Of a DNA stretch of 64,000 nucleotides, positions 40,242 through 48,633 are shown piece after piece. The position numbers and the translations under genes are program-made. The number at the start of each line of letters is the position of its first letter. The stretch's first letter is position 1. Location of the stretch: NCBI GenBank assembly GCA_948442015.1, contig CAOJRP010000005.1, positions 9 through 64,008 on the forward strand, written 5' to 3'. This stretch comes from an uncultured Erysipelotrichaceae bacterium. Lineage in GTDB: Bacteria; Bacillota_I; Bacilli_A; RF39; UBA660. The notes beneath the pieces were generated by a model. That model did not search any database. It was given only the letters and a program-made list of their open reading frames with translations, and was not told where the DNA came from.

Positions 40242-40607
40242 TTATTTTACCTTACCTTCATTTTTGCCACTAGTATTACATTTACTAGGACTACTTATAC
40301 ACTCTGCACAAACATTGTAATCATTTTTCACTTCTGTAAATGAATCAACTATAGTGAATATAAATGCAATAAGAGTAGGGATTAAAAAGACTACAACTGC
40401 AGCAATTGCACGAAACATTAATTGTTTCAATGCTTTCTTAATTTCATCGTCTTTAGCACCTACAACAGCTTTTCCTAAATCTAGCATACCAAATATCATT
40501 AAAAGAATTGGAATAACGATTTTAAAAACAAATAATATTCTTCCTACTAATTGCCATACTTCAGCAGTATCTGTACAGAAATGAATAGTTTCATCTAATA
40601 ATAACAT
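40242..40607 (-). CDS. VirB2/TrbC/Maff2-like small two-TM pilin-like protein
   Basis: Two helices separated by LGKAVVGAKDDEIKKALKQLMF; Cys-containing C-terminal tail (CAECISSPSKC). Confidence 0.4.
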   Translation of the reverse strand: MLLLDETIHFCTDTAEVWQLVGRILFVFKIVIPILLMIFGMLDLGKAVVGAKDDEIKKALKQLMFRAIAAVVVFLIPTLIAFIFTIVDSFTEVKNDYNVCAECISSPSKCNTSGKNEGKVK

Positions 40608-40633
40608 AAATTACATCTCCTTCAACTACAAAC

Positions 40634-40662
40634 ATTTTAATATAATTTCCTATAATTGTCAA
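40634..40662 (-). promoter_or_regulatory. Promoter candidate for the T4SS module
   Basis: On the minus strand TTGACA (40662-40657), 17-nt spacer, TAAAAT (40639-40634). GGAG RBS before ATG 40607. Confidence 0.45.
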
Positions 40663-40700
40663 ACAATAACGCCAAATAAATGTCAAATTAATAAAATTTA

Positions 40701-41290
40701 TTAAATAACATACTCATAAATTTTCGAATAAGCATCAAATATTTGACCATTAAAATATATTTCATTTGACTTTCTTTTTTCTTCTAATTTATCAAAAGAT
40801 TCCAATAAATATTTTATTTTTGAATCATGTTCTAAAACCAAATTATTAATGTATTTTTGCTCTATTAAATTGGAAGATATATACTTTCTCATTGCTACAA
40901 AAGCATCCATTATTTGAATGCTAGTTTTAATAGCAACTTCTGTTTTTAATATAGTAGCTAACATTGCAACGCCCTGTTCTGTAAATATTCGAGGATTTTT
41001 ATATCTACCTCCTCGAGTTTCTATTTTTTGGTCACATTTTGTGACCAAAAAACATTTTACTCCATCCTCACTTAAAGTTCAAGACACATCTATAGAAAAT
41101 TTTTCTTTATTTCTTGAAACTACTTGATTAATTTCTTTTGTACCATTTTTACATCCGAAAAGTTTTGCTAAATCACTATCTAATATATTTTCTTTCCTCT
41201 CACGTCATAAATTAAACTTTTAATTTCTTCAACTGATATTTCTTTTATACATTGTTCTATGTAGTCAAGCGTTTTTAATACTTTTTTCAA
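40701..41290 (-). pseudogene. ORF6N-domain (KilA-N-like, phage/ICE-associated DNA-binding) gene with one frameshift and one in-frame TGA
   Basis: Three pieces: ...IKSLIYDVRGKKIY* (frame 1); ..ENILDSDLAKLFGCKNGTKEINQVVSRNKEKFSIDVS-TGA(41081-41079)-TLSEDG.. (frame 2); and the listed 115-aa ORF (FTEQGVAMLATIL..IQIMDAFV). Confidence 0.6.
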
Positions 41291-41311
41291 AATTAAAAAC
41301 TCATAAAAGAG

Positions 41312-42367
41312 TTATTCTTTGACAATTCCAAACAAACGCATTCCTGAATTATCTTTAACAGGTTTTTGTCTATCAAAGCCCATTTTATTCAATAATTCAT
41401 CTAACACACGATGTTTATCTTTTTTATCATCAATATTAGGGATATTAAAGAAAACAATACATTTAGATTCATACTCAAAATCTTTGATATCAGAGTCTCC
41501 TAAAACACTACGATTAAGGATCAATTTCTTTAATCTAATTCTTGCTAAGATATTTCTATCTTTTCGAACCATTTTATTAAGTTTTATCGTTGTTGGTTCA
41601 ATTAAATAAAGCATCTCACTACAATCAGCAGTTTCTTCATCATCGTTAACATCAACTAAAATTACATCATAACTATTACTAGGATTTTTAATAATACTTT
41701 CTAATTCTCCCACATCAATACTTCTTAAATCAGGATCATTAAAATACATAAAGTCATTTTTACCAAGTTCTAAAGCTAGCACCTTGTAATTAGCTTCTAA
41801 TTGTCTTTTTAACATATAAATAAGAGTTGTTGCTCCAGCATGACTAGTTAAATTTTTAAAGCCAATTACTCTAGTACTTCTTCCATATCCTGTCATACTT
41901 GTGCTTGTATCATCAATTAAATGATTTTTATAATTTTCTTTGTCTTTTGATTTTCTTGGTGATTCAGATTCATTTGTATCAAAGTCATCTAAAAGATGAT
42001 ACTGAGCAACATCTTTATAAATATTAGGATTTTTAATTAAATAAGGAATTGAATCAATATTTCTTGTAAAGTTATAAATACCCATAGAAACTAATTGAGA
42101 TAAATATTTAGGAGAATTAACAGTATCACTATCATCAAGTAGTAAGATAACTTTATTCATATCAAAACCAAAAGATAGTTGTTGAATAACGTTAATATCT
42201 CGATATCCTTTAATTGCCGTAATATCTAAAATCATTTTATTAAAGAAAAAATTTGTAAACTGACTAATTAAATCATCTACTTCAAATTCTCCATTAATAC
42301 TCTTAATTAAATCAATATCTAAGTTAGATAACATTGCTGCATATTTATTTGATACAATTACATTCAT
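41312..42367 (-). CDS. TadZ/CpaE-like protein: receiver-like N-domain plus ParA/MinD-like domain with a degenerate P-loop
   Basis: RVIGFKNLTSHAGATTLIYML occupies the position of the KGGVGKTT Walker A. YDVILVDVND is a Walker-B-like strand. It lies in a Tad gene context. Confidence 0.45.
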   Translation of the reverse strand: MNVIVSNKYAAMLSNLDIDLIKSINGEFEVDDLISQFTNFFFNKMILDITAIKGYRDINVIQQLSFGFDMNKVILLLDDSDTVNSPKYLSQLVSMGIYNFTRNIDSIPYLIKNPNIYKDVAQYHLLDDFDTNESESPRKSKDKENYKNHLIDDTSTSMTGYGRSTRVIGFKNLTSHAGATTLIYMLKRQLEANYKVLALELGKNDFMYFNDPDLRSIDVGELESIIKNPSNSYDVILVDVNDDEETADCSEMLYLIEPTTIKLNKMVRKDRNILARIRLKKLILNRSVLGDSDIKDFEYESKCIVFFNIPNIDDKKDKHRVLDELLNKMGFDRQKPVKDNSGMRLFGIVKE

Positions 42368-42380
42368 ATTAAAATTCCTT

Positions 42381-42887
<507 letters not shown>

Positions 42888-42891
42888 ATTA

Positions 42892-43350
42892 TTACCTCGC
42901 TATTGCTACTCTTCTTGTTGTTCCATAAATAGTTGAATTAAAAAATTGTCTAAATATGGGAATATCTAGTTCATAAAATACTTGAACTTTATAATATCTC
43001 GAAGTTAAAACATCTTTATATGTACTACTATCAATTGTTTTAATACAAAATACTGGTTTATTAGTTGTAATACCTTTACTTGATAAATTATAGCCATCAA
43101 AGCCATCATCACAAACTCCATCAGCTCTATGACCTACTGACGCTAAATAATCTTGGATTTCAGCTATAGCACCTGTATCAGTTCCATGAGCATCCCAAAT
43201 ACCTTTTTTATTTTCAATAATGTTAATTATCTCATCTCGTACTTTAAAAGCCCTTGAATAATTTATTGATAAACATAAATACGATGCAAACAAAGCTAGA
43301 AATAAAATAACTATTAAAAATAACCAAGTTCCACCAATCGCTTCTTTCAA
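42892..43350 (-). CDS. Pseudopilin/TadE-like exported protein 1 (152 aa)
   Basis: Leader MKEAIG plus a hydrophobic segment, then SINYSRAFKVRDEIINIIE; two Cys. Confidence 0.45.
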   Translation of the reverse strand: MKEAIGGTWLFLIVILFLALFASYLCLSINYSRAFKVRDEIINIIENKKGIWDAHGTDTGAIAEIQDYLASVGHRADGVCDDGFDGYNLSSKGITTNKPVFCIKTIDSSTYKDVLTSRYYKVQVFYELDIPIFRQFFNSTIYGTTRRVAIAR

Positions 43351-43360
43351 TTTAATTCAC

Positions 43361-43582
43361 CTAACCTTTAAATGGACAAGAAAGAGTTACTCCTTCATAT
43401 GTACATGATACCATGCCATCACTATTCGGATCTTTTCCACAAATAGCTTCACTACATTTAGTATTTTTAACATGATTTCCTCTTATACTTGGCCATAGCA
43501 CACTAAAGAAAAAAGCCGCTAGGACACCTACGGCCACAACAACAACTACTGCTGCGTTTAATTCCCCACTTGCTTCTTTCAT
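43361..43582 (-). CDS. Small pilin-like protein 2 (73 aa)
   Basis: MKEASG-ELNAAVVVVVAVGVLAAFFFSVLWPSI followed by a 4-Cys head; GAGG RBS. Confidence 0.5.
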   Translation of the reverse strand: MKEASGELNAAVVVVVAVGVLAAFFFSVLWPSIRGNHVKNTKCSEAICGKDPNSDGMVSCTYEGVTLSCPFKG

Positions 43583-43600
43583 TTTATTACCTCAATCTAA

Positions 43601-43846
43601 TTAATCTTTATCAGCTCTATTAGCACATGTGATAGATGAATATGAACCTGCATCAGCATCGTAATATTGACAAGGACAAGTTTTATCTCCATCATTACAT
43701 TGACAAATGGCGTCAGCACACTTAGTTCCTTGTTGAATACTTGATTGAATTGAAGGCCATACTACAGCGTAGAAAAATGCTGCTACAGCGGCGATTGCTA
43801 CAACTGTGATAACTGTCATATTTAATTCTCCTGTTGCTTCTTTCAT
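43601..43846 (-). CDS. Small pilin-like protein 1 (81 aa from ATG 43846)
   Basis: MKEATG-ELNMTVITVVAIAAVAAFFYAVVWPSI followed by a 6-Cys head. GAGGAGG RBS 7 nt upstream of ATG 43846; the listed ORF start at 43879 lies inside the promoter. Confidence 0.5.
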   Translation of the reverse strand: MKEATGELNMTVITVVAIAAVAAFFYAVVWPSIQSSIQQGTKCADAICQCNDGDKTCPCQYYDADAGSYSSITCANRADKD

Positions 43847-43870
43847 TAATATTCCTCCTCTATTATTAGT

Positions 43871-43899
43871 ATTATACAATTTATTTTTTTCATAAGCAA
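43871..43899 (-). promoter_or_regulatory. Strong promoter candidate for the pilin genes
   Basis: Minus strand TTGCTT (43899-43894), 17-nt spacer, TATAAT (43876-43871). Confidence 0.5.
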
Positions 43900-44064
43900 T
43901 ATTTTTTACATAAACAAATGTCTACTAAATGTAATATTTAATAATATTTTTAACTTATAGTAAAGATTGCATATATAAAGCTTTTTTTATCTTTAGTATA
44001 AATAGTAATCAGTTGTACTAAATAGTCCTATATTTTAGCTATTGAATTAAAAATTTAAAAAAAT

Positions 44065-44162
44065 TTTACACGAAATCAAGATTTTTATATATCATGTTTG
44101 CACGAAGTCAAAGTTTTTGTATAGTGATTTTTGCACGTTTTCAACATTCTTGTAGTAAAATT
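44065..44162. repeat. Three degenerate direct repeats of 32-33 nt (starts 44065, 44097, 44130) in the tadC-pilin intergenic region
   Basis: TTTACACGAAATCAAGATTTTTATAT / TTTGCACGAAGTCAAAGTTTTTGTAT / TTTGCACGTTTTCAACATTCTTGTAG. On the coding strand each unit carries a TTGAYW hexamer. Confidence 0.6.
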
Positions 44163-44198
44163 AGTATAAAAAAAATTAACTATTTAAAGTTAACATTT

Positions 44199-44981
44199 CT
44201 ACATCATCATTAGAACAGCAATAATTAAGAAAACCATTAAACCAAGACCTGTTGCTACTAACATACTCATGGTTTTACTTTCCATTTTCTCTAATCTTTC
44301 TTTATATCTTGTATCTCTTGCTTTTTGTTGTAGATTAGAAATTGTTTTCGAGAAAGTTAATAATTGTTCTTGCTTTCGCTCTTGTCTTCCTAAACTTAAA
44401 CGATATAAAAGTCGCATCATTCTCATGCTATCACGAACTGGGTACGTTTGAGCAAATTCCATATAGGGATTGATTGATGAATCTCCTGCATTAATTTCAT
44501 TAATCATTGTAATAAGTCCATCTTTAAATATTGGGGGAGCAGTACTAACACTCTTACCTATTGCTACTGGAACAGTATAGTGTTGAATTAAAATTTCTAA
44601 TCCTTTTAAATAGTGTGGCAATAAAGAATCAATTTTATGTAAGTTGGCTTTATAATATTTTTTTAAATTAGAATATTCCATTTTAAACATAGCAAATCCT
44701 AGAGCAAAACAAGCTATTACTTTAACATAAGATAAATTAGTTAGAAAGAAAAAGAAGGCGACTAAAACAATAATCATACCATTTCTTATTCTTTTAGCAA
44801 ATAAAACATCAGGGTCAACACCTTCCCCATACTTAGCGCGAACTAAGAAGTCATAATCCTCTTCTTTCATTTTTTCAAAATATTTGATATTATCAGTAAT
44901 AAATTTATTAACATTAACTATTTTGCTATAAGATAAAATTCCTAAGAAAATAAGTCCTAAAAACAATATTTCAAAATACAT
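44199..44981 (-). CDS. TadC-like inner-membrane platform protein (T2SS-F domain)
   Basis: N-terminal TM, central TM pair, C-terminal TM; paralogous layout to the TadB-like gene. Start placed at ATG 44981 (TAAGATG junction, GGGGG RBS). Confidence 0.5.
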   Translation of the reverse strand: MYFEILFLGLIFLGILSYSKIVNVNKFITDNIKYFEKMKEEDYDFLVRAKYGEGVDPDVLFAKRIRNGMIIVLVAFFFFLTNLSYVKVIACFALGFAMFKMEYSNLKKYYKANLHKIDSLLPHYLKGLEILIQHYTVPVAIGKSVSTAPPIFKDGLITMINEINAGDSSINPYMEFAQTYPVRDSMRMMRLLYRLSLGRQERKQEQLLTFSKTISNLQQKARDTRYKERLEKMESKTMSMLVATGLGLMVFLIIAVLMMM

Positions 44982-44982
44982 C

Positions 44983-45876
44983 TTATTCAACCCCCACATC
45001 TTCGTTATAGTATTTTTCGCCATTTATTAAGAAGTAGCAGTTAATTATAACTATAGCATGCAAAACGAACTTTACGTACCATAATTCTAACATATCTAAA
45101 TAAGTATCTTTTGTAAGTAACATTTGCATAACCATAACTAAGAAAAATAATACGACACCAAACGTAATGAATTTTGTATGAAATGTATTTCTATCCATTC
45201 TATCGCGATAAACACCTTCAACTAAGGCATCGATATCTAGTGACATTAACTCTAAAGCTTCTCCTGAATCTCTTGCACCTTCATTCGTAATTTGCAAGAA
45301 TAATTGATGCATATTTTTTACCATATAGTAAGGATATTTCTCATTAAAGTAATTAATTGATTCTTCGATTGTACCATTATCATAGGACATTTGAATCATT
45401 ACTTTTAAATCACTTAAAACAGGGTCTTCTAAGATACCTGAATCTCTTACACCTTCTAATGATTTAACAAAACTTTGGGTTGTATTAAATTCCATTATTA
45501 CATTACTTGTATATACTTGAATTTGTTCAAAAACATACTCTGAGAAAAGTCTTTGACTTCTTAAATAAGCAAGATAAGGAACGAACATGACAGCAATGCT
45601 TACATATAAAACAGTTATTGGAATACTATAAAAATACATATAAGAGATAACTCCTGCTGCTCCACCAATAATACCAACTTGAGCAGCAAATTGTTTTGGA
45701 GTATATTCCACTCCTAATTCTTTTGTCTTTTCTCTTACTTCTTTATAACTATAGGGAGCAAACTTATTATAAGCATTACTCACAGAATCAATAAAAAATT
45801 TATAGACATTATCACCAGTATTCATTCGATATGCCATAACAAATATAGCAATAATTAATAAAAATATTAATTCCAT
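44983..45876 (-). CDS. TadB-like inner-membrane platform protein (T2SS-F domain)
   Basis: Same TM topology; cytoplasmic helical domain between TMs; follows the ATPase gene. Confidence 0.5.
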   Translation of the reverse strand: MELIFLLIIAIFVMAYRMNTGDNVYKFFIDSVSNAYNKFAPYSYKEVREKTKELGVEYTPKQFAAQVGIIGGAAGVISYMYFYSIPITVLYVSIAVMFVPYLAYLRSQRLFSEYVFEQIQVYTSNVIMEFNTTQSFVKSLEGVRDSGILEDPVLSDLKVMIQMSYDNGTIEESINYFNEKYPYYMVKNMHQLFLQITNEGARDSGEALELMSLDIDALVEGVYRDRMDRNTFHTKFITFGVVLFFLVMVMQMLLTKDTYLDMLELWYVKFVLHAIVIINCYFLINGEKYYNEDVGVE

Positions 45877-45895
45877 TTTTGTTTCTCCCTTTCTA

Positions 45896-47338
45896 TTATA
45901 ATGTATCGCTTACATTACTTGTAATTGTGTTATCAAAAGTCCTTGGTATTTCTATTTGTGGTGTTTGTACTTCTCTCTGTACTTGTGGTTGTTCTACACT
46001 TTGTAATTGTTCTTGTGAATTTATGGGTTGTTCACTCGGTGCCGAAATAATTTTTGTATAAGTAATTCCATCATTATTGGTTGGTACACTATTTTCTTGC
46101 TCCACTATAGTAGATGGAGTTGGTACTTCAATATTAGGAACTAAATTATCCCCTATATTTTGAGTTTCCTTTACAGCTTGTTCTTCATTCATTTTAAATG
46201 GGTCTTCAACATTTAGATTAAGTGTTTTATCACTTGTTTCAGAAGTTGTATCAGTCCCCTCTCCACTGTTTCCTAATCCGAAAGTATCTTCTGGTAAAAA
46301 GACATTACCGATACTTAAGTAATTAAGTAATACCTGCGTTGGATTATGTAGAGTAACTTTCCCATCTAAGCTCTTTTGATATAAGACATTAGTCATCGGT
46401 TTATTATCTTCATCAACATAGAATTCACATACTTCAATAATCTCTCTTTGAAATCTATTTAAAGCTTTCGAAAAATATCCTTTAACATAGATTCCAATTT
46501 GAACATATCTATGAATTGAACCTAAGAATTGTTCAATATCTTGACTAGATTCAAGTAGTGAATACATACGCATTGGTATACTACTTGCTTTATCAGCATG
46601 GATAGTGGATAAAATATGGTGTCCTGAAGATATAGAGTTACGAACAGCTAAAACAGCTTCTCCACTACGAACTTCGGATAGTAGTATCCAAATGGGATTC
46701 TGTCTCATACATGTAACTAGTACATCTGTGTAACTTGCAATATTATTTGTTTTCATTGCTACAATATCACGGTGAGGGAAAATTCTATCTAAGTGCAGTT
46801 CTAGAGTATCTTCAATTGTAATTATTTTTTCATTTTCTTTAATATTACTAGCTAAGTATTTAACAAGTTCTGTTTTACCTGAACCAGTTTCTCCAGCAAC
46901 AATTATATTACAATGTCCTTCAATACATTTCATTAAAAAATCATGTAATTGAACTGTAATATATTGTTCATCAATAAGTTTTTCTTTATTTAATCGAATT
47001 TTAGCTGGTGTCTTACGAATAAGGCAAGCAATACCATTAGTAGCAATTGAATCATGAACAAAGTTCATACGTAATTCAGCAGATTCAGCATCCAAAAAAG
47101 GATGGGCCATATTAAATGTTTTTCCCATAACATTAGAACATTGAAATGCTAATTTTTCCATAAATGGATTATTTATTTCTGGTCTTTCAACTTGATAAAC
47201 ACCTTTAGATAAAGTTTTTAGCCATACTTGACCACCATTACTATATGATATATCGGTAATGTCGTCTTGTTCTAAAAATTCTGTTAAAGGTCCAAAATCC
47301 ATTTGGGAAAAAATATTGTTATTACTAGCCATATCCAT
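45896..47338 (-). CDS. TadA/CpaF-type secretion ATPase (GspE/VirB11 superfamily) with a ~115-aa low-complexity C-terminal extension
   Basis: Walker A GETGSGKTE, Asp box IITIEDTLEL, Walker B WILLSEVRSGEA, His box GHHILSTIHA. The tail is rich in Q/P/E/T/S/N. Confidence 0.75.
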   Translation of the reverse strand: MDMASNNNIFSQMDFGPLTEFLEQDDITDISYSNGGQVWLKTLSKGVYQVERPEINNPFMEKLAFQCSNVMGKTFNMAHPFLDAESAELRMNFVHDSIATNGIACLIRKTPAKIRLNKEKLIDEQYITVQLHDFLMKCIEGHCNIIVAGETGSGKTELVKYLASNIKENEKIITIEDTLELHLDRIFPHRDIVAMKTNNIASYTDVLVTCMRQNPIWILLSEVRSGEAVLAVRNSISSGHHILSTIHADKASSIPMRMYSLLESSQDIEQFLGSIHRYVQIGIYVKGYFSKALNRFQREIIEVCEFYVDEDNKPMTNVLYQKSLDGKVTLHNPTQVLLNYLSIGNVFLPEDTFGLGNSGEGTDTTSETSDKTLNLNVEDPFKMNEEQAVKETQNIGDNLVPNIEVPTPSTIVEQENSVPTNNDGITYTKIISAPSEQPINSQEQLQSVEQPQVQREVQTPQIEIPRTFDNTITSNVSDTL

Positions 47339-47366
47339 ATTTTTTCACCCTCTTTTAATTCTTATT

Positions 47367-48146
47367 TTATTCTTGATCTTGTAAAATAACTGTTTGATTT
47401 AAGATAAATGCTTGCAATTCTTCACTACTAACTTGTGTTTCGCCTGGGTTAGCAGAGTAATTTCTATTTCTTGGAATCGGTTCGATATCTATTCCACTTA
47501 AATTATCAGCTTTTTTAAGAAGTAAGAATAAATCTTCTGGAACAGCAAATAAAAGCTCTGCTGGTTCTTTAGCTTCTGTCGTTTCAAAAACGTGATTTCC
47601 ATTGGCATCTTTAACATCTAATACTCGAATACTTTCAATTAATTTACCATAAATAAGTAATCGGTCTTCACTTTGAGCAGTGAGGTATAAATCGATTGAA
47701 TTATCAGGAAATATAGAATTACCATAAGTCATATGATTATCAACTGCTAAACTAAATATGGTATAGCCATCAGGAATGTCTGCAAAAGATGAATCTGGCA
47801 TTTCCGCTTTAGTCTTCAATACTTCTTGATAAAACAAACTATTTTTAGGTATTGTTGTCGCGTAACTAACATATTTTCCAATAATATCATTAGAATTTCG
47901 AACTAAATTATTACTATTACTTACTAAACTAGAAGGAACTTCAGTATACCCAATCATTGTTTCATCAATTAAAGTTCTTGATTGTATCTCCACTTTCGCA
48001 TAAGGAACAGAAACTGGATTAGTTGATTGTTTTACTCGCCAGTCATAACCTATGTATAAGACAACTACTCCAAGGAGTACCCCAAGAATAGTTACTGTGT
48101 TTTTATTTCCTAAAAATTTTTTAAAAGGAGTTAAAATATTACCCAT
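47367..48146 (-). CDS. CpaB/RcpC-like pilus assembly protein (SAF plus beta-clip domains)
   Basis: N-terminal TM. VPYAKVEIQSRTLIDETMIGYTEVP....L..N.....DIIGKY....I....... is a SAF-like pattern, followed by IPDGYTIFSLAVD....GNSIFPDNSIDLYLT. Confidence 0.55.
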   Translation of the reverse strand: MGNILTPFKKFLGNKNTVTILGVLLGVVVLYIGYDWRVKQSTNPVSVPYAKVEIQSRTLIDETMIGYTEVPSSLVSNSNNLVRNSNDIIGKYVSYATTIPKNSLFYQEVLKTKAEMPDSSFADIPDGYTIFSLAVDNHMTYGNSIFPDNSIDLYLTAQSEDRLLIYGKLIESIRVLDVKDANGNHVFETTEAKEPAELLFAVPEDLFLLLKKADNLSGIDIEPIPRNRNYSANPGETQVSSEELQAFILNQTVILQDQE

Positions 48147-48162
48147 TTTTATTCCTTCCCTT

Positions 48163-48612
48163 CTAATCCCATGTACATTTTATATTTTCTTCAATGCCAG
48201 TACCTTCAATACTTTCAACAATAGCTGTCATTCTAGTTGTTGTAGCAACATCAGTATTTTGATTTGCTATGAAGAAACTACCTCCAGATGATTTTATCTC
48301 AACTGTTACTTTTGGAGGCATTTCATATAATTCATAGAAATTAACTTCATAAGTTGAATTTAAACTTGCTGTTTCAGCAAACCTTTTCATAAAGTTAGCA
48401 ACAAATTTTTCTTTATTAATCTTAATCGCTCCATCGTGGTTACGATAATATGCTTTATCGACAGATTCATATAAAGAGGCTTCTGTTACTTCTTTAATTT
48501 CGTAGTAGTCTTGAGTATTAAATGTTGTTGAACTTTGTGTAAACATCATAACAACAAAGATAAATACTCCAAGGATTATTATCCAATAACCCCAATAAGC
48601 TGTTTTCATCAT
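48163..48612 (-). CDS. N-terminally anchored small exported protein (149 aa)
   Basis: Single N-terminal TM (YWGYWIIILGVFIFVVMMF); no recognised motif; translationally close-packed within the pilus operon. Confidence 0.45.
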   Translation of the reverse strand: MMKTAYWGYWIIILGVFIFVVMMFTQSSTTFNTQDYYEIKEVTEASLYESVDKAYYRNHDGAIKINKEKFVANFMKRFAETASLNSTYEVNFYELYEMPPKVTVEIKSSGGSFFIANQNTDVATTTRMTAIVESIEGTGIEENIKCTWD

Positions 48613-48633
48613 AATTTAAACAACTCCCTTCAT

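Noticed and set aside
40701-41290. Idea that the in-frame TGA (aligned with an aromatic position) signals genetic code 4 (TGA=Trp), as in Mollicutes.
   Set aside because: Large conserved genes (rpoB, rpoC, polA, ftsK) are uninterrupted under the standard code. TGA clearly terminates intact genes (5220-5222, 36160-36162). The same gene also carries a frameshift, so ordinary pseudogenisation explains it.
43847-43879. The longer N-terminus (MYNTNNRGGIL) of the first pilin ORF.
   Set aside because: ATG 43879 lies within the predicted -10/-35 promoter region and has no RBS. ATG 43846 has a GAGGAGG RBS at ideal spacing and yields the same MKEAxG leader as the three downstream paralogues.
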